Assembly: GCA_964016885.1 (NCBI GenBank) | Contig: OZ024742.1 | Location: 328,662,001 to 328,726,000, forward strand | Reading direction: 5' to 3' | Length of the DNA: 64,000 bases | From: Eledone cirrhosa | Taxonomy: Eukaryota | Shown here: piece by piece, positions 41,879 to 53,729 of the stretch | Numbering within the stretch: position 1 is the first letter of the stretch | How the letters are laid out: each line of letters begins with the position of its first letter | The notes under the pieces: model-generated | Told to the model about the DNA's origin: nothing | The model's input: only the letters and a program-made list of their open reading frames with translations | The model's database searches: none | Translations under genes and position numbers: made by a program

Positions 41879-42819
41879 TGTCTGTTCTTAGTTGAATGCA
41901 TTTGTGGGCGTATCCATAAACATACCATTCCATGGACCCTCAAATATTCATGAAGTCATTAGGGCACTGTTGTAACATTTGAAACCTAGTGAAGCATATC
42001 TATCTCCAAGTTTGAGAACAGCCAGTTTCTGAGAGGAAGAAAGAGGGGACACATAGAAAGAGATAGAGGGATAGTGGCAAAATCGTCATCAGTATTGGTC
42101 TAGTACTTCATCTTCCTCGGAAGAATGAAAGGCAAAATAAATCTCGGCGTGATTTAAACTCAGAATATATTGAGCCAGAACGAAGTTCGTAAAGCATTGT
42201 ATCCGATGTTCTAATAATTCTGCCAGTTCACTGCTTTCCTATAACTATCTTCTCTGGAATTGTATTGAATGTGACACATCAATTATTAAGAAACTGCATT
42301 GGAAATTACCTTAATATTGCTTTACGTCAGTCAAATTATTGACAACAGGTTAACCCTCAACGTAGTAAATATTTAATATATAATGATGTCTATAATATAG
42401 AACAAGAAGTTAACGGCTATGCTAACTTTGCCTCAACTAAATATATTTGATTGACATTGTTAAACGGATACCCATGTTTCTCTTTTAATACTACAAATAT
42501 AAGAAAGTAATATTAAGAAATATTATGATTAGATACATTCTGAAGGACATGTGGCATGATGTGTCATCACAAATACAAATTAGAACACAAGGCAATAGTG
42601 TTAATAAGCAGTTCCATAGGTTCGTGAATGAGCAACAAACAGGTGTACTTGAATGATCAACAAAAAGAAGCATTTCTTAAGAATGTCCTTGTAGATATCA
42701 TTGTGATTGAATAATAATAAAATAATTATGTCATCATAATATCAATGCCCCGTTTCACAGTGAAGAAAAATATTGGTAATAGCAAACTCCAGGAGAAATT
42801 ATAGTGCATGATAAAATAA

Positions 42820-44710
42820 AAAAAAGAGTTTTTTACAATAGATAAACGTAGTGATTTTAGCTAGTTTTAGGGTGTTCTGTTTGAAAATGAAGTTAATTTA
42901 TTCTCCAACACATCTAGAGTTTGATTTACGTACCAAATTTACAGAGATGTTATGTAGTATGCAGTACGTCAAGTGTTCCTAAGAATACCTTTGATTGTAC
43001 ATTTTGTGACAATCTCTAATGAGAGAGCTGTAAAGGTAGATACTACACGTATTAGATCATGACTATTTATAGAACACTTTGATTTAAATGTGTGTTTCGG
43101 ATGTTAGTGTGACTTGTATCAAATTGATAATTACCCTGCTCACTGTGGGTTGCTTTGGTTTCATTTCTCCACATCAATTTGCTTTAATTTGCATGGATTC
43201 AAGACGTGCATGTCGCAATGGCCCAGATGAATTTGCTACATATCTAGGGAATATGCATTCAAGGACTGTAAGAGAAACATCACGACCCTCATACAAGCAA
43301 GATACAAAAATTACTTCAAAAACATGGAGACTAAGATAAATGTTTTGCTCTACATACTGCATGCAAAATTTGCAGTGAGCGGCCTTCGTTGATGGAGTAT
43401 GATAATATCAAGTGGAAAGATGGATGTAACTTAAGATCATAGTTTTTTTGTAACTGTAATTCAAAAGGGCTACAGGAACTTTTGCTGTATCTTGTGCCTG
43501 TGAGACAGCCGGGCCCGAAATTAGCACTACAATCAGTAGGATCGGTCAGCGAGTCTTGAATTGACACCAGGGAATAAAAGTGTTCAATGCGTATCACTAG
43601 ATTAACTTGAGGGGGTTGTGTTACCACCACTACATATTAAACTTGGATCTTCAAAATATTTGTGAAGTCACTGGACTCTGAGGGTAACCAACCGCGTTGC
43701 TGAAATATATCTTTCCTCGATTAAGCGAAGCAAAGATTAAATAATTCTTTCTACTTTTGCCATGAAAGGCAAAGTTAAACTCGGCGGGATTTGAACTCCG
43801 ATCATAAAGGGCCGTAACTCTATGCTGCAAACCATGGCGTTCGAGCCTCTACAGATACTGCCAATCCACAAGCTAAAATTAAATAATTGTTTCCACTTTT
43901 GGCACAAGGCCAGCAATTACCCAGCGCATTACTGGTACTTTATTTTATCGACCTTTTAAGGATGAAAGGCAAAGTTAACGTCGGCGGGATTTGAACTCAG
44001 AATGGCAAAGACCATAACTCTATGCGTCAAAGCATGGCGTCCGACCCTCTACCGATACTACCAATCCACATTAAATAATGCGCTTTCTTTGGACCAGCCA
44101 CTCGCAATTTCTTGAAGAATCACATGTTCAGCGACTCATTCAACGATGTTCAAATACGAGCTTATAGTGCTCTGTTAAAGACTGTTGAAAAGTTTTTAGA
44201 AAAGAACCAAAGGCCGAATTACAAGGCAATCAGAGTTGATGTTCCGGATTCATTCGATGTGCAGATTATCAAAATGTCCTTGATTCACATTTTAAAGAGT
44301 CACTTGGACTTTTTCATTTGGACTTGGACAAGATCAATGATGAGCATGGTGAAAGATTTCCTCAAAGTGATCATTACTGTTGAAGCAAGGTACGAAGCGG
44401 CGCCTACTACCGGATGATGGCATATTTGCTGACTTCACTTTTCTTGATCTCCATGCTGCTTATGAAACCCATGCTGCAGCATGTTTGTCGTAAGTTTTTG
44501 TTAAGTGTATATTATTATTACTTGTAGTTTAATACATTAATGCATTATATACAATGTTCACAAGATTAGATAATTTTTCTGTAAATGTATATGTAGGATA
44601 TCTTCTAGAGCAAAATTAGGCTTGATGAAGCAAAACGTATTTTATTTTGATAAACAGCACCGAAAAATTAACTAATATCACTTAAAGTAATGTTTGCTAA
44701 CAGATTAGTG
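42820..44710 (+). mobile_element. Decayed Chapaev3-like DNA transposon interrupted by two SINEs
   Basis: MDSRRACRNGPDEF..; LHIKLG..FVKSL; FPRLSEAKIK; KMSL.IHILKSHLDFF; DEHGERF; subterminal inverted similarity ~42851 / ~44680; exact ends uncertain. Confidence 0.7.
43745..44069 (-). mobile_element. Two tandem SINEs
   Basis: Two reverse cores; ATTAAATAAT occurs before, between and after them. Confidence 0.85.
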
Positions 44711-44769
44711 TCATGCAGCTCATTTTTGTGTGGTATTAGTCTCTTACATTAAACATAACAAAGGGCAAC

Positions 44770-45210
44770 AACGAAACGCACAAACAAAACAAAGCAATAC
44801 TTGACGGAGAAAAGGGAATATAATGACTGCATTTAGAATATATCATCTAAAATCTAACGTCAGAATATATTTAAAACGGATACAAGGAGTTGGAAGGGAG
44901 GGTTATACAACCATAAATCTATTATGAAATATTCATTGTGGAACTATAAACATATCTAGTAAAGAATAATAGAAAACACATGATATATCCACAAAGTAGA
45001 AACATAATAAAGAAATTATTTTTTGTATCAAGGAGATAAGAAAATATTAAACAGAAGCTGAAATTGCACCCAATTCCGAAAAGAAAGGAGGGAAAGCCGC
45101 AGAAGATCTAAATATGCAAAACTCTGAATTAAAAGTAGAACCACACAATGTCGTACTAAAGCAATGGCAAGACAAATCTCAGCATTGGTTATATCTGTTC
45201 AGGTTGTACT
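44770..45210 (+). mobile_element. Decayed R4/Dong-like LINE fragment
   Basis: KQYLT..HLKSNVRIYLKR.QG.GR and W.DKSQH traces. Confidence 0.4.
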
Positions 45211-46051
45211 GGGTACAAATTCACCGAGAAACCTCGCAACGCTGAATGAGAGTGAAGAGGATAAAATTACATAGAGAAGCAAAACATCAAGAAGGTGCAA
45301 AATATGTGAAAAGTAGGATGAAAAAATTAACAACTTTGTCTCTGACTCATCAATTTGCGAAGAAATATTACATCTACATGTATGGCACTACAGGAGGTTC
45401 TTTTTTTCATAGAAAGTAAGCAAAAGAAATATGCTGGCAACATAAAAAGTTTAAAGAATGATAAAGTGACTCTACTATGGAATATGCCAATACACGGAAA
45501 CAGATAAATCAACGTTAATTTATTGATATTGCCTGCGAGAAGAAAAAACAGTAAATAGTTCCTAATCAATGTTTTCAATCCTAAATGTGAGCACACACAA
45601 AACAAAAAGAAACAGAAAAAATTCCTATTATGGTTGATGCCTAGAGTTTAATAACAAAACACACATAACTAAAACTGTTCAATAAACATAGTCAACGTAC
45701 AGAAAACAACACTACTAAGCTCTGCAGATATATTGGATAATTATAATAATTATAATTTCTAATATTGGCCTACGGTAAAAAAATTGAGGGAAGAAGAAAA
45801 GTGAAAACATCGACACTGGGACTTAAATGGTACATTATTTCATGAAACACCAAAGAATGAAAGGCAAATTTGACCTCTGCAGTATTTGAACTAAAAGTGA
45901 CGTAAATGTATGTCGCTTAGCATTTTGTCCGAGGTTCCAACGGCTGTGCCGTTCAGAAAACATAATGGTAGCACTAGTCTATATTGCGCATTGCGTTTTT
46001 CGAAGAGCTGAAAATTAATATAATTATTATTATTATTATTATTTCATGAAA

Positions 46052-46236
46052 GGTCGGTGAATTGGCAGTATCGGTAGAGAGTTGGACGCCATGCTTTCTA
46101 GCATCGTTACGTCCCTTTACAGTCTGAGTAAATCCCGCCGAGGTTAACTTTGCCTTTCATCCTTACGGGGTCGATAACATAAAGTACCAGTAATGTACTG
46201 GATAATTTGCTGGCCTTGTGCCTAAAGTAGAAACAC
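46052..46236 (+). mobile_element. SINE
   Basis: Full copy; TSD TTATTTCATGAAA. Confidence 0.88.
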
Positions 46237-46393
46237 TTATTTCATGAAATGTATTATCAGATGAATGTGTCAGATGTCAACAACATGCAAACTAAGGTGA
46301 TACCTGTTTGATGTTCATTCTTCAAGAGGTATCCGAATAACACTACGAGTTCCAAGCAACGTCGTCGTCGTCGTCGTCGTCATCGCCGCCGTT

Positions 46394-46431
<38 letters not shown>

Positions 46432-46696
46432 TGCCGCCGTCATCGTCGTCGTCGTCGTCGTTTATTGTAATTAGTTCAAAATGAATATGTGTTTATCTCA
46501 ACAGGATTTTTTTAAATCTGTGTTCATTAAAGCAGAAGGAAAATTTGGAACCATTTAAAAAGAGAAAATTGATCATGAAAATCAAATAACTAAAATGCAG
46601 AAGATTCTACTAACGATAAGTATGTAAAGCAATCTGCATCCCTCTCACTCTTATATATATATATATATGTATATATATCTAACTCTTATATATATT

Positions 46697-46737
<41 letters not shown>

Positions 46738-46909
46738 GTAAATGTATGTATATACTTTGTAAATATTCCTTATCTGACAGCTTGTTTTTATAGCTCTATA
46801 ATAATGTACTCCTCATTTGCAGACTTTTTATATTCTCATATTCATAACTATACACACTATAAATGCATTGCCAACATATATCTATGCATATATATACACA
46901 CACACACAC

Positions 46910-46971
<62 letters not shown>

Positions 46972-47102
46972 GTGAGGTTTTTTTTACAAAATGAAAAATA
47001 ACCGAGGTGTCCTACACGAGTGAAAGTATAAAAAAAAAATGATGAAATCGAAAATGCAACTGGAGTCTTATTTAAAAACATATATATATATTTATTTGGT
47101 TC

Positions 47103-47138
47103 CTTTACCGGTTTCGCAGTTCTTCTGCTTTTCAAAAG
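47103..47138 (-). ncRNA. Decayed minimal hammerhead
   Basis: CTT-TTGAAAA (two transitions from CTGAAGA)-GCAG AAGAA CTGC-GAAA-CCGG-TA-AAG. Confidence 0.55.
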
Positions 47139-47249
47139 TAGAGTTGAATATATATATATATTCACACAGACACACAGACACACACTGTTTTGAAAAAATT
47201 TAAATATATATATATAGCTGTGTGTGTGAGAGTGAGTGTACGTATTGGC

Positions 47250-47306
<57 letters not shown>

Positions 47307-47715
47307 CATATATATATATATACATATATATATATTATTATTATTATATATATATATTTATTCAATTGTATACGTCGATGCTTTGCGTGATAAACAAAGA
47401 ACAGTTTATCGCTTATGTTAATTTCCTCTTTATGGCCACAACACGATTTTATATAATATATTTGTTTTATATAGTACACAGTATATTGTATTTTCAAACA
47501 TATGTGAAATATCTCCACGGGAACCTGCAGGAAATTAAATTAGATCAGTGAGATAATGATAGATCTGTAAATGTTTACTAAATTAGAAAACATTTGGAGG
47601 GGAAACGAAATACATACTCAACACACACATACATATATACATAAATATGCATATATATTTGTATGTATATATGTATATGAATATATTTCATTATATATAT
47701 ATATATATATATATA

Positions 47716-47905
47716 TAGGGAAATGTTTGACCCCGACGGCAGTGCTCAAGCTGTTTCGACGGCTATTTCTGGAAATAGCCGTCGAAACGGCTTGAGCTCT
47801 GCCGTCGGTGTTACACATTTTCCTATTACCCACTATACTACCCTAAGTATTGAGTACTCTGGTGTGTTAAGGTCTATCTGATTCCTTACCATACCTCCTT
47901 CGTTA
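47716..47905. mobile_element. GC-rich hairpin (~53-bp arms) plus tail between (TA)n tracts
   Basis: CCGACGGCAGTGCTCAAGCTGTTTCGACGGCTATTTC-TG-GAAATAGCCGTCGAAACGGCTTGAGCTCTGCCGTCGG. Confidence 0.8.
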
Positions 47906-48010
47906 TATATATATATATACAAAGATCGGAATTAATGTATTCCGCAGTCACAGTAATAATAATATTAGCTCGAAGAAGAACAGATCATTTTCATCTGAGC
48001 TCAAATACAA

Positions 48011-48375
48011 AGAAGTGTGTTACACAGTGAGATGTGTGTAACAAATTATTACATGTGAGTTTAACCGTTACAGTATGGAGAACAATACCTACAGGTTAGC
48101 AATTAATTAGAAAAAAATTAAGTCAGAATCAAATCTCTGAAGTAGAGTTTTAAATTACTAACCTTATAACTATAAGCTTGCTGATACGAATTTAGTTCGT
48201 TTCACCATAGAAATGTGCAGTGTAACAGTAATTTAAAAACTCTATTTCAGAGATTTGATTCTGACTTAGTTTTTTTCTATTTAATTGCTAACCTGTAGAT
48301 ATTGTTCTCCATACGGTAACGGTTAAACTCACAAGTAATGATTTTTTACACACATCTCACTGTGTAACACACTTC
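48011..48375. repeat. Inverted repeat, ~145-bp arms, ~70-bp spacer
   Basis: GAAGTGTGTTACACAGTGAGATGTGTG... versus ...CACACATCTCACTGTGTAACACACTTC. Confidence 0.9.
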
Positions 48376-48615
48376 CCTCTGTGTAATATATATTTATTTT
48401 GCGATGTTTTTTATATGAAATCGTGTGTCGAAACAAATATTATTATACTTGGGGAGGGTCATATTGTTGTAATAATATTGTTGCCAGAAATAATAACAGG
48501 ACACACTCACTGTTTGGTTGGTTTTAGCTTCTGCATATTTTATATCTCCATAGTTAATTCATTTGGTCCTCAATGATCATAATCATTGAGGACCAAATGA
48601 ATTAACTATGAATTA

Positions 48616-50807
48616 ACTGGTCTGCGTTTCAAAACTTTTTTAAAAAGGTCAAGGGTTTTCCAAATGATTTAGGACCCTTTTTCCATGCAGAATTCAAAAA
48701 TACAGTTTATTTTTCTGGGTCAGGTCTGGTTTCTAAGATATAGTCTATTTCTTTTCCAGCATATTTTTCTAAAATATCGCAATCCAAGCGTTTATGGGCT
48801 TTGCTTTTGCAAAACCGGGTCGTGGGTAACCTTTAATAATTATTTTTATTTCTCTTTTCAGGTCTAGAAAAATGGATCGGAAGTGTAAAAACCATCCTAA
48901 TAGGTTCTGTTACATCTGCAGACATGTGGTTCTTCCAGACCGTCAAGCAAAAATCACGGATTTTGTGAAGAAGGCATATCACGCTTACTTTGGAGTCAAA
49001 CTAGGGGACCAGGTTAAGCTATTCGCTCCCCATATCTGCTGCAAAACATGTGTAGAGAACTTACGGGATTGGAGGAATAAGAAAAGGAAGAGTATGCCAT
49101 TTGGTGTCCCAATGGTGTGGAGGGAAGAGAAAGATCACGTTACTGACTGCTACTTTTGCATGACAAATCTAAAAGGCATCAATCGCAAGAACAAGCACCA
49201 TGTTCAATACCCTCATGTTCCTTCTGCCATAAAGCCAGTCCCCCATGGCCCCGATCTTCCTGTTCCTGAGCCAAATGTCACCATGGAATCTAGTTCTGAT
49301 TCCGAATCTAGTGACATGATTGATACAGCTAAGTGTGATGAATACAGGTCAGAATAGGATGACCAACCGGTGCCTTTGACCCAAACCGAACTCAATGACC
49401 TGACACGAGACCTGAACCTTTCGAAGGAGTCTGCCCAGCTACTGGGTTCTCGTCTTCGAGAGAAACGTCTACTGGCGCCAGGAACAACATTCTATTGGTA
49501 TCGGGACCACGAGAGAGAATATAGAAAATTCTTCATGTTTGATGAAGCATCTTCACTGGTCTACTGTAGCAAAATTGCTGACCTGATTGAATTACTTGGT
49601 CTGAAGTATGATGCTATGGAATGGAGACTTTTCATTGACTCATCTAACAGAAGTCTCAAAGCAGTTCTTCTGAATATCGGAAACAAGTTTTCATCGATCC
49701 CTGTTGGGCACTCAGTTGAAATGAAAGAATCCCACAAAAGCATGGAACGTCTGTTGTCTGCTCTGAACTACCAGAAACATAAATGGTTGATCTGTGGAGA
49801 TCTTAAAGTTGTTGGACTCATCCTAGGACTTCAAGGTGGTTACACAAAGTATCCATGCTTTCTGTGCTTATGGGATAGCCGTGCTGATGACCAGCATTAT
49901 GTCAGACAAGAGTGGCCATTAAGACAAGGATTAAAACCTGGATCACACAACGTTTTGTTCCACTCTCTGGTTGAACCGAGCAAGATATTGCTTCCAACCC
50001 TCCACATCAAACTCGGTCTCATGAAGAACTTTGTAAAGGCATTGGACAGGGAAGGTGGAGGATTGGCTTTCCAACATCAGAAGTTTCAAAGAAAAAGCAT
50101 GGAGAAAATTAAGGCAGGTATATTTGATGGTCCTCAAATAAGGGAACTCATCAAGGATACTAGTTTTGATGATGCACTGAATCCTGCTGAACTCTCTGCC
50201 TGATTGTCCCTTAAGTCAGTCATTGCAAACTTCCTTCGCAACCACAGAAGTTCCCAGTATCAGAAGGTGGTTGATGAGTTAATGGAGTATTTCCGCCAAC
50301 TTGGTGCGCGCGTGTCAGTGAAAATGCACTTCCTCCAGTCTCATCTGGACTATTTTCAGGAGAATAGTGGAGACTTCAGTGAAGAACATGGTGAGCGCTT
50401 TCACCGAGATATCAGTGTTATGGAGGAACGCTATCAAGGCCGATGGGATGTCAAATTTCTGGCCGACTACTGCTGGTGCCTAAAGAGGGATGCGCAGTCT
50501 GCTCAGCACAAACGGAAGTCCCTGAAGAGACCATTCATCCATGAGTAGCTTCTTTAGTTCATTATACTCTTCTTCCAATCTATTCAAAATATTTTGTAAG
50601 CCTTCTGTGAATAAATCAGTCTAATATTTTCAATATTGCGTTTTATTCACCTACAAATAGATCGGAATTTAGGATATTTTTAATGTGCTAATATTTCATT
50701 AACCTGATCAGATTCAGTAAAATGAGCATGATTTTTGGATTCAGTGCAAAAAACTGGCCTAAAATCATCTATTATATGTTAGACCTTGAAAACATCGCAG
50801 ACCAGTG
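48616..50807 (+). mobile_element. Chapaev3-like (CMC) DNA transposon, full length
   Basis: Termini (C)ACTGGTCTGCG / CGCAGACCAGTG, TTA at both flanks, subterminal inverted similarity, transposase ORF. Confidence 0.85.
48872..50548 (+). pseudogene. Chapaev3-like transposase, one frame with two nonsense codons (49355 TAG, 50201 TGA)
   Basis: C..P..FCYIC / PHICCKTC / DHVTDCYFC zinc fingers; WRLFIDSS; ICGDLKV; YPCFLCLWDSR; HIKLGLMKNFVKAL; KMHFLQSHLD; SEEHGERFH. The three ORFs are in frame (1677 nt). A pyrimidine tract plus CAG lies just before the ATG. Confidence 0.88.
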
Positions 50808-50893
50808 TTATCATTGACTGACCAACAGTGAAAAATACAGATATAAATATATGTATATAGTCTAACAAAATTCTTTCGTTGCACAAGAAAATA

Positions 50894-50947
50894 ATAGTCC
50901 CACTGATGATGTTGCAGATGTGCAACGAAAGAACTTTGTCAGACTAT
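50894..50947 (+). ncRNA. Hammerhead ribozyme (family B)
   Basis: ATAGTCCCA-CTGATGA-T-GTTGCA GATG TGCAAC-GAAA-GAAC-TT-TGTCAGACTAT. Confidence 0.75.
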
Positions 50948-51491
50948 ATAAATATATATATTTATATCTGTATTTTTAACCGTTGGTTAAACAATAATAA
51001 ACGTTGATTGCCAAATAAATTAACTATGGAGATATAAAAGATACAGAAGTAGAAACCAACAAAACAGTGAGTGTGTTCTGTTATTATATCTGGCAATATT
51101 ATTACAACAATATGACCGTCCCCAAGTATAACAATATATATATATATATATATTGTATATATTCATATATATATATATTCATGTATATATGTGTGTGTCC
51201 GCATGTATCTGTGTGTTTCTAAATATATTAATAACTCCCTCTGGTCGAGCAATCTTTGAAGTGTGGGGACAACTGGAACGCTTCCATTACTCATACTTCT
51301 CGCCTTCTTCACTACCTCTTCTACGGCCTCGATATGAATACCCCCTCCGCCTCCGTGGTATTTTCTTCGTGGTTATAAGAGGCTTAGCTCTGTTTCTCGA
51401 CCGTTATATCGCGTGACTGTCTCCCCCTCCGCCTTTTGGGATTCTTTCTCACGTCGTGTAGACGCGTTCTTGAGACTAGTAAAATGAGGTA

Positions 51492-51579
51492 TCCTCTTGA
51501 TAAGTCGGCAGACCTCGCAAGGACTCTATATCTTTGATATATTGTTTTTGTTTATGCCACGAAACTACGTAGTCGAGGA
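51492..51579 (+). ncRNA. Decayed hammerhead with long helix II
   Basis: TCCTC-TTGATAA-GTCGGCAGAC...GTTTATGCCAC-GAAA-CTACGTAG (palindrome)-TC-GAGGA. Confidence 0.65.
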
Positions 51580-51810
51580 ATTTAGGAACAGTTTAGGTAT
51601 GATACATTTTATTACTAATTATATCTAAATGTTTCTTCTCTCTTCATAATGTATTTTTAACTCTGATACTGGTTCAGTCTGGTTCAAACTGAATTGGTCT
51701 GTCCCAGTCATTCATTGAGCAACATCGGTGAAGTTGGCACCCTTAACTCACAGTTGGGTGCGGATGCATTCATGTATATATGTGTGTGTCCGCATGTATC
51801 TGTGTGTTTC

Positions 51811-51887
<77 letters not shown>

Positions 51888-51930
51888 ATGTATATATGTA
51901 TGTATTATTCAGTTGATGAAAGTTGGTCAG

Positions 51931-52237
51931 TGTTGTGACTGTTCTTCATTCTGATTCAACATTTTATACATTATTCTACTTTCCCTCTACACCTTTTTGT
52001 ACCACGTGTGCATGACTAATCATTTTTCATACATTCCTTTGTCTTAAGGTTAAACATTACCTGAATCCCCTTTTGTCTGTTTTTGTACTCAACCAATCAT
52101 CACGTGCATGAGTCATACCCATTTTAACACCTGTATAAATTGGTGTGTTTTTTTGTAATAAAAGTTTTCTTCCTTGTGAAGTTGCTAAACGGTTGTTGTC
52201 TCGCTGAGTGGATTTTGACCTGTTCCAAAACACTACA
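51931..52237 (+). mobile_element. Solo LTR
   Basis: TGTTGTG...CACTACA ends; CCAAT, TATAAA and AATAAA in order; 5-bp flanks GTCAG / GTTAG. Confidence 0.7.
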
Positions 52238-52606
52238 GTTAGTCAAAAATCTGCCGATCTTTCAAAAGAGACGTGAAGCACTCTACGGTTTGTATTTCTT
52301 AGGATTTTCTCCGTAAGGAATCGCCCGGAGTTTTAGTATAATAAATAAGTGAGACGGTTTTATTAGTACATCTTCATAAATAATAATAATGATAATAGTA
52401 ATGAAATTATTGTGTACAGTGCTCGGGTGCACTACAACTCATCAAATGTGCATGTATAGTACATCGAATAATCTACAAATGTCAGGAAAATGAACAGTGT
52501 ACGAGTCATGAAATACATGTGTGCGTGTGTATGGAGGAGGATATCTTGTTATCTAATTCATGAATTAGTTAATACAATGAAGATATACGAAAAACACCGT
52601 CTCTCT

Positions 52607-52637
<31 letters not shown>

Positions 52638-52681
52638 ACACACATATATATATATATATATATACATATATATATACACAG

Positions 52682-52727
<46 letters not shown>

Positions 52728-52728
52728 T

Positions 52729-52760
<32 letters not shown>

Positions 52761-52803
52761 TATATACACACATATATATATACACACACACACATATATA
52801 TAT

Positions 52804-52836
<33 letters not shown>

Positions 52837-52971
52837 AGTACAAGGGGTATTTAATTTGTTGGAAGTCCGACAAATATAAATGTTTATAATTGATTTAGAG
52901 CACTCAAAAGTTTACTGGAGAAAATATTCAAGATATTAAACAAATGGAAACTATATTTATAAAACCATATT

Positions 52972-53034
52972 TATTTTATTATATATATTTCAAGGGTACC
53001 AAGACACATTGGTTCGCTTTCATCAGATAAAATA
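52972..53034 (-). ncRNA. Hammerhead ribozyme (family C), 3' pLTR
   Basis: TATTTTAT-CTGATGA-AAGCGAACCAA..TTGGTACCCTT-GAAA-TATATA-TA-ATAAAATA. Confidence 0.8.
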
Positions 53035-53729
53035 CAAAGTTTGTTTTATAAATAGAGACATACCCATGAAAATCATACCTTATCGGTTGGAAATTCACTG
53101 GATAGTGGAAATATATTAGTGATTTTTTAAACTTATGTGTGAATATGCAAATTTTTTAAAAATAATTTAAAAACAGCCGTTTATTTAAACGACTATGGAG
53201 AGAGACTGAGAAGAGATAGGGGAGAGGATAAAATAGTGCTAGAGAGAGAGAAGAAAGAAACAAGAGAAGATGAATAAAACTCATATAACGTTAATTTGAG
53301 TGAAATATATTTTAATAGAACGTGTATTTAAGATTATTAGTTGTTTAAAATTTGTTTATAATATAATAGTTTTCGTCTGTTAGAAGTAGATAAATAAATA
53401 AATAAATAAATAAATACATAAATAAATAAATGAATAATTAAATAAATAATGAATAAATAAATAAATATATAAATAAATGGGTAAATCATGTTATAGATAA
53501 TTGTTCTAATGAGTTATGAGGGATATTGGTTTTGTATTTAATGTAAATAAATATTAAGTTAAATTAAATTAAATTAACTGAGTTAATAAGAATATTTATA
53601 TTCATATGATTTAAAATGGGAATATACGGAAAAACTCCGGTTTAATTTATTTATTAGTTAGTGTGAGACTATTTAGTTAAAATAAGTATATATATTAGTG
53701 GTTATAAATCTATTGAAAAATATTGAAAA

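Larger units (their letters stand above)
48439..51135. mobile_element. Palindromic pLTR-only element of PLE family B, split by a Chapaev3 insertion
   Basis: Left arm 48439-48577 plus 50808-50885; right arm 50886-51135 with HHR; no PLE coding sequence. Confidence 0.85.

Noticed and set aside
49355-50203. Stop-codon readthrough or selenocysteine in the Chapaev3 ORF
   Set aside because: One stop is TAG and the TGA falls where Trp is expected; ordinary nonsense mutations suffice.
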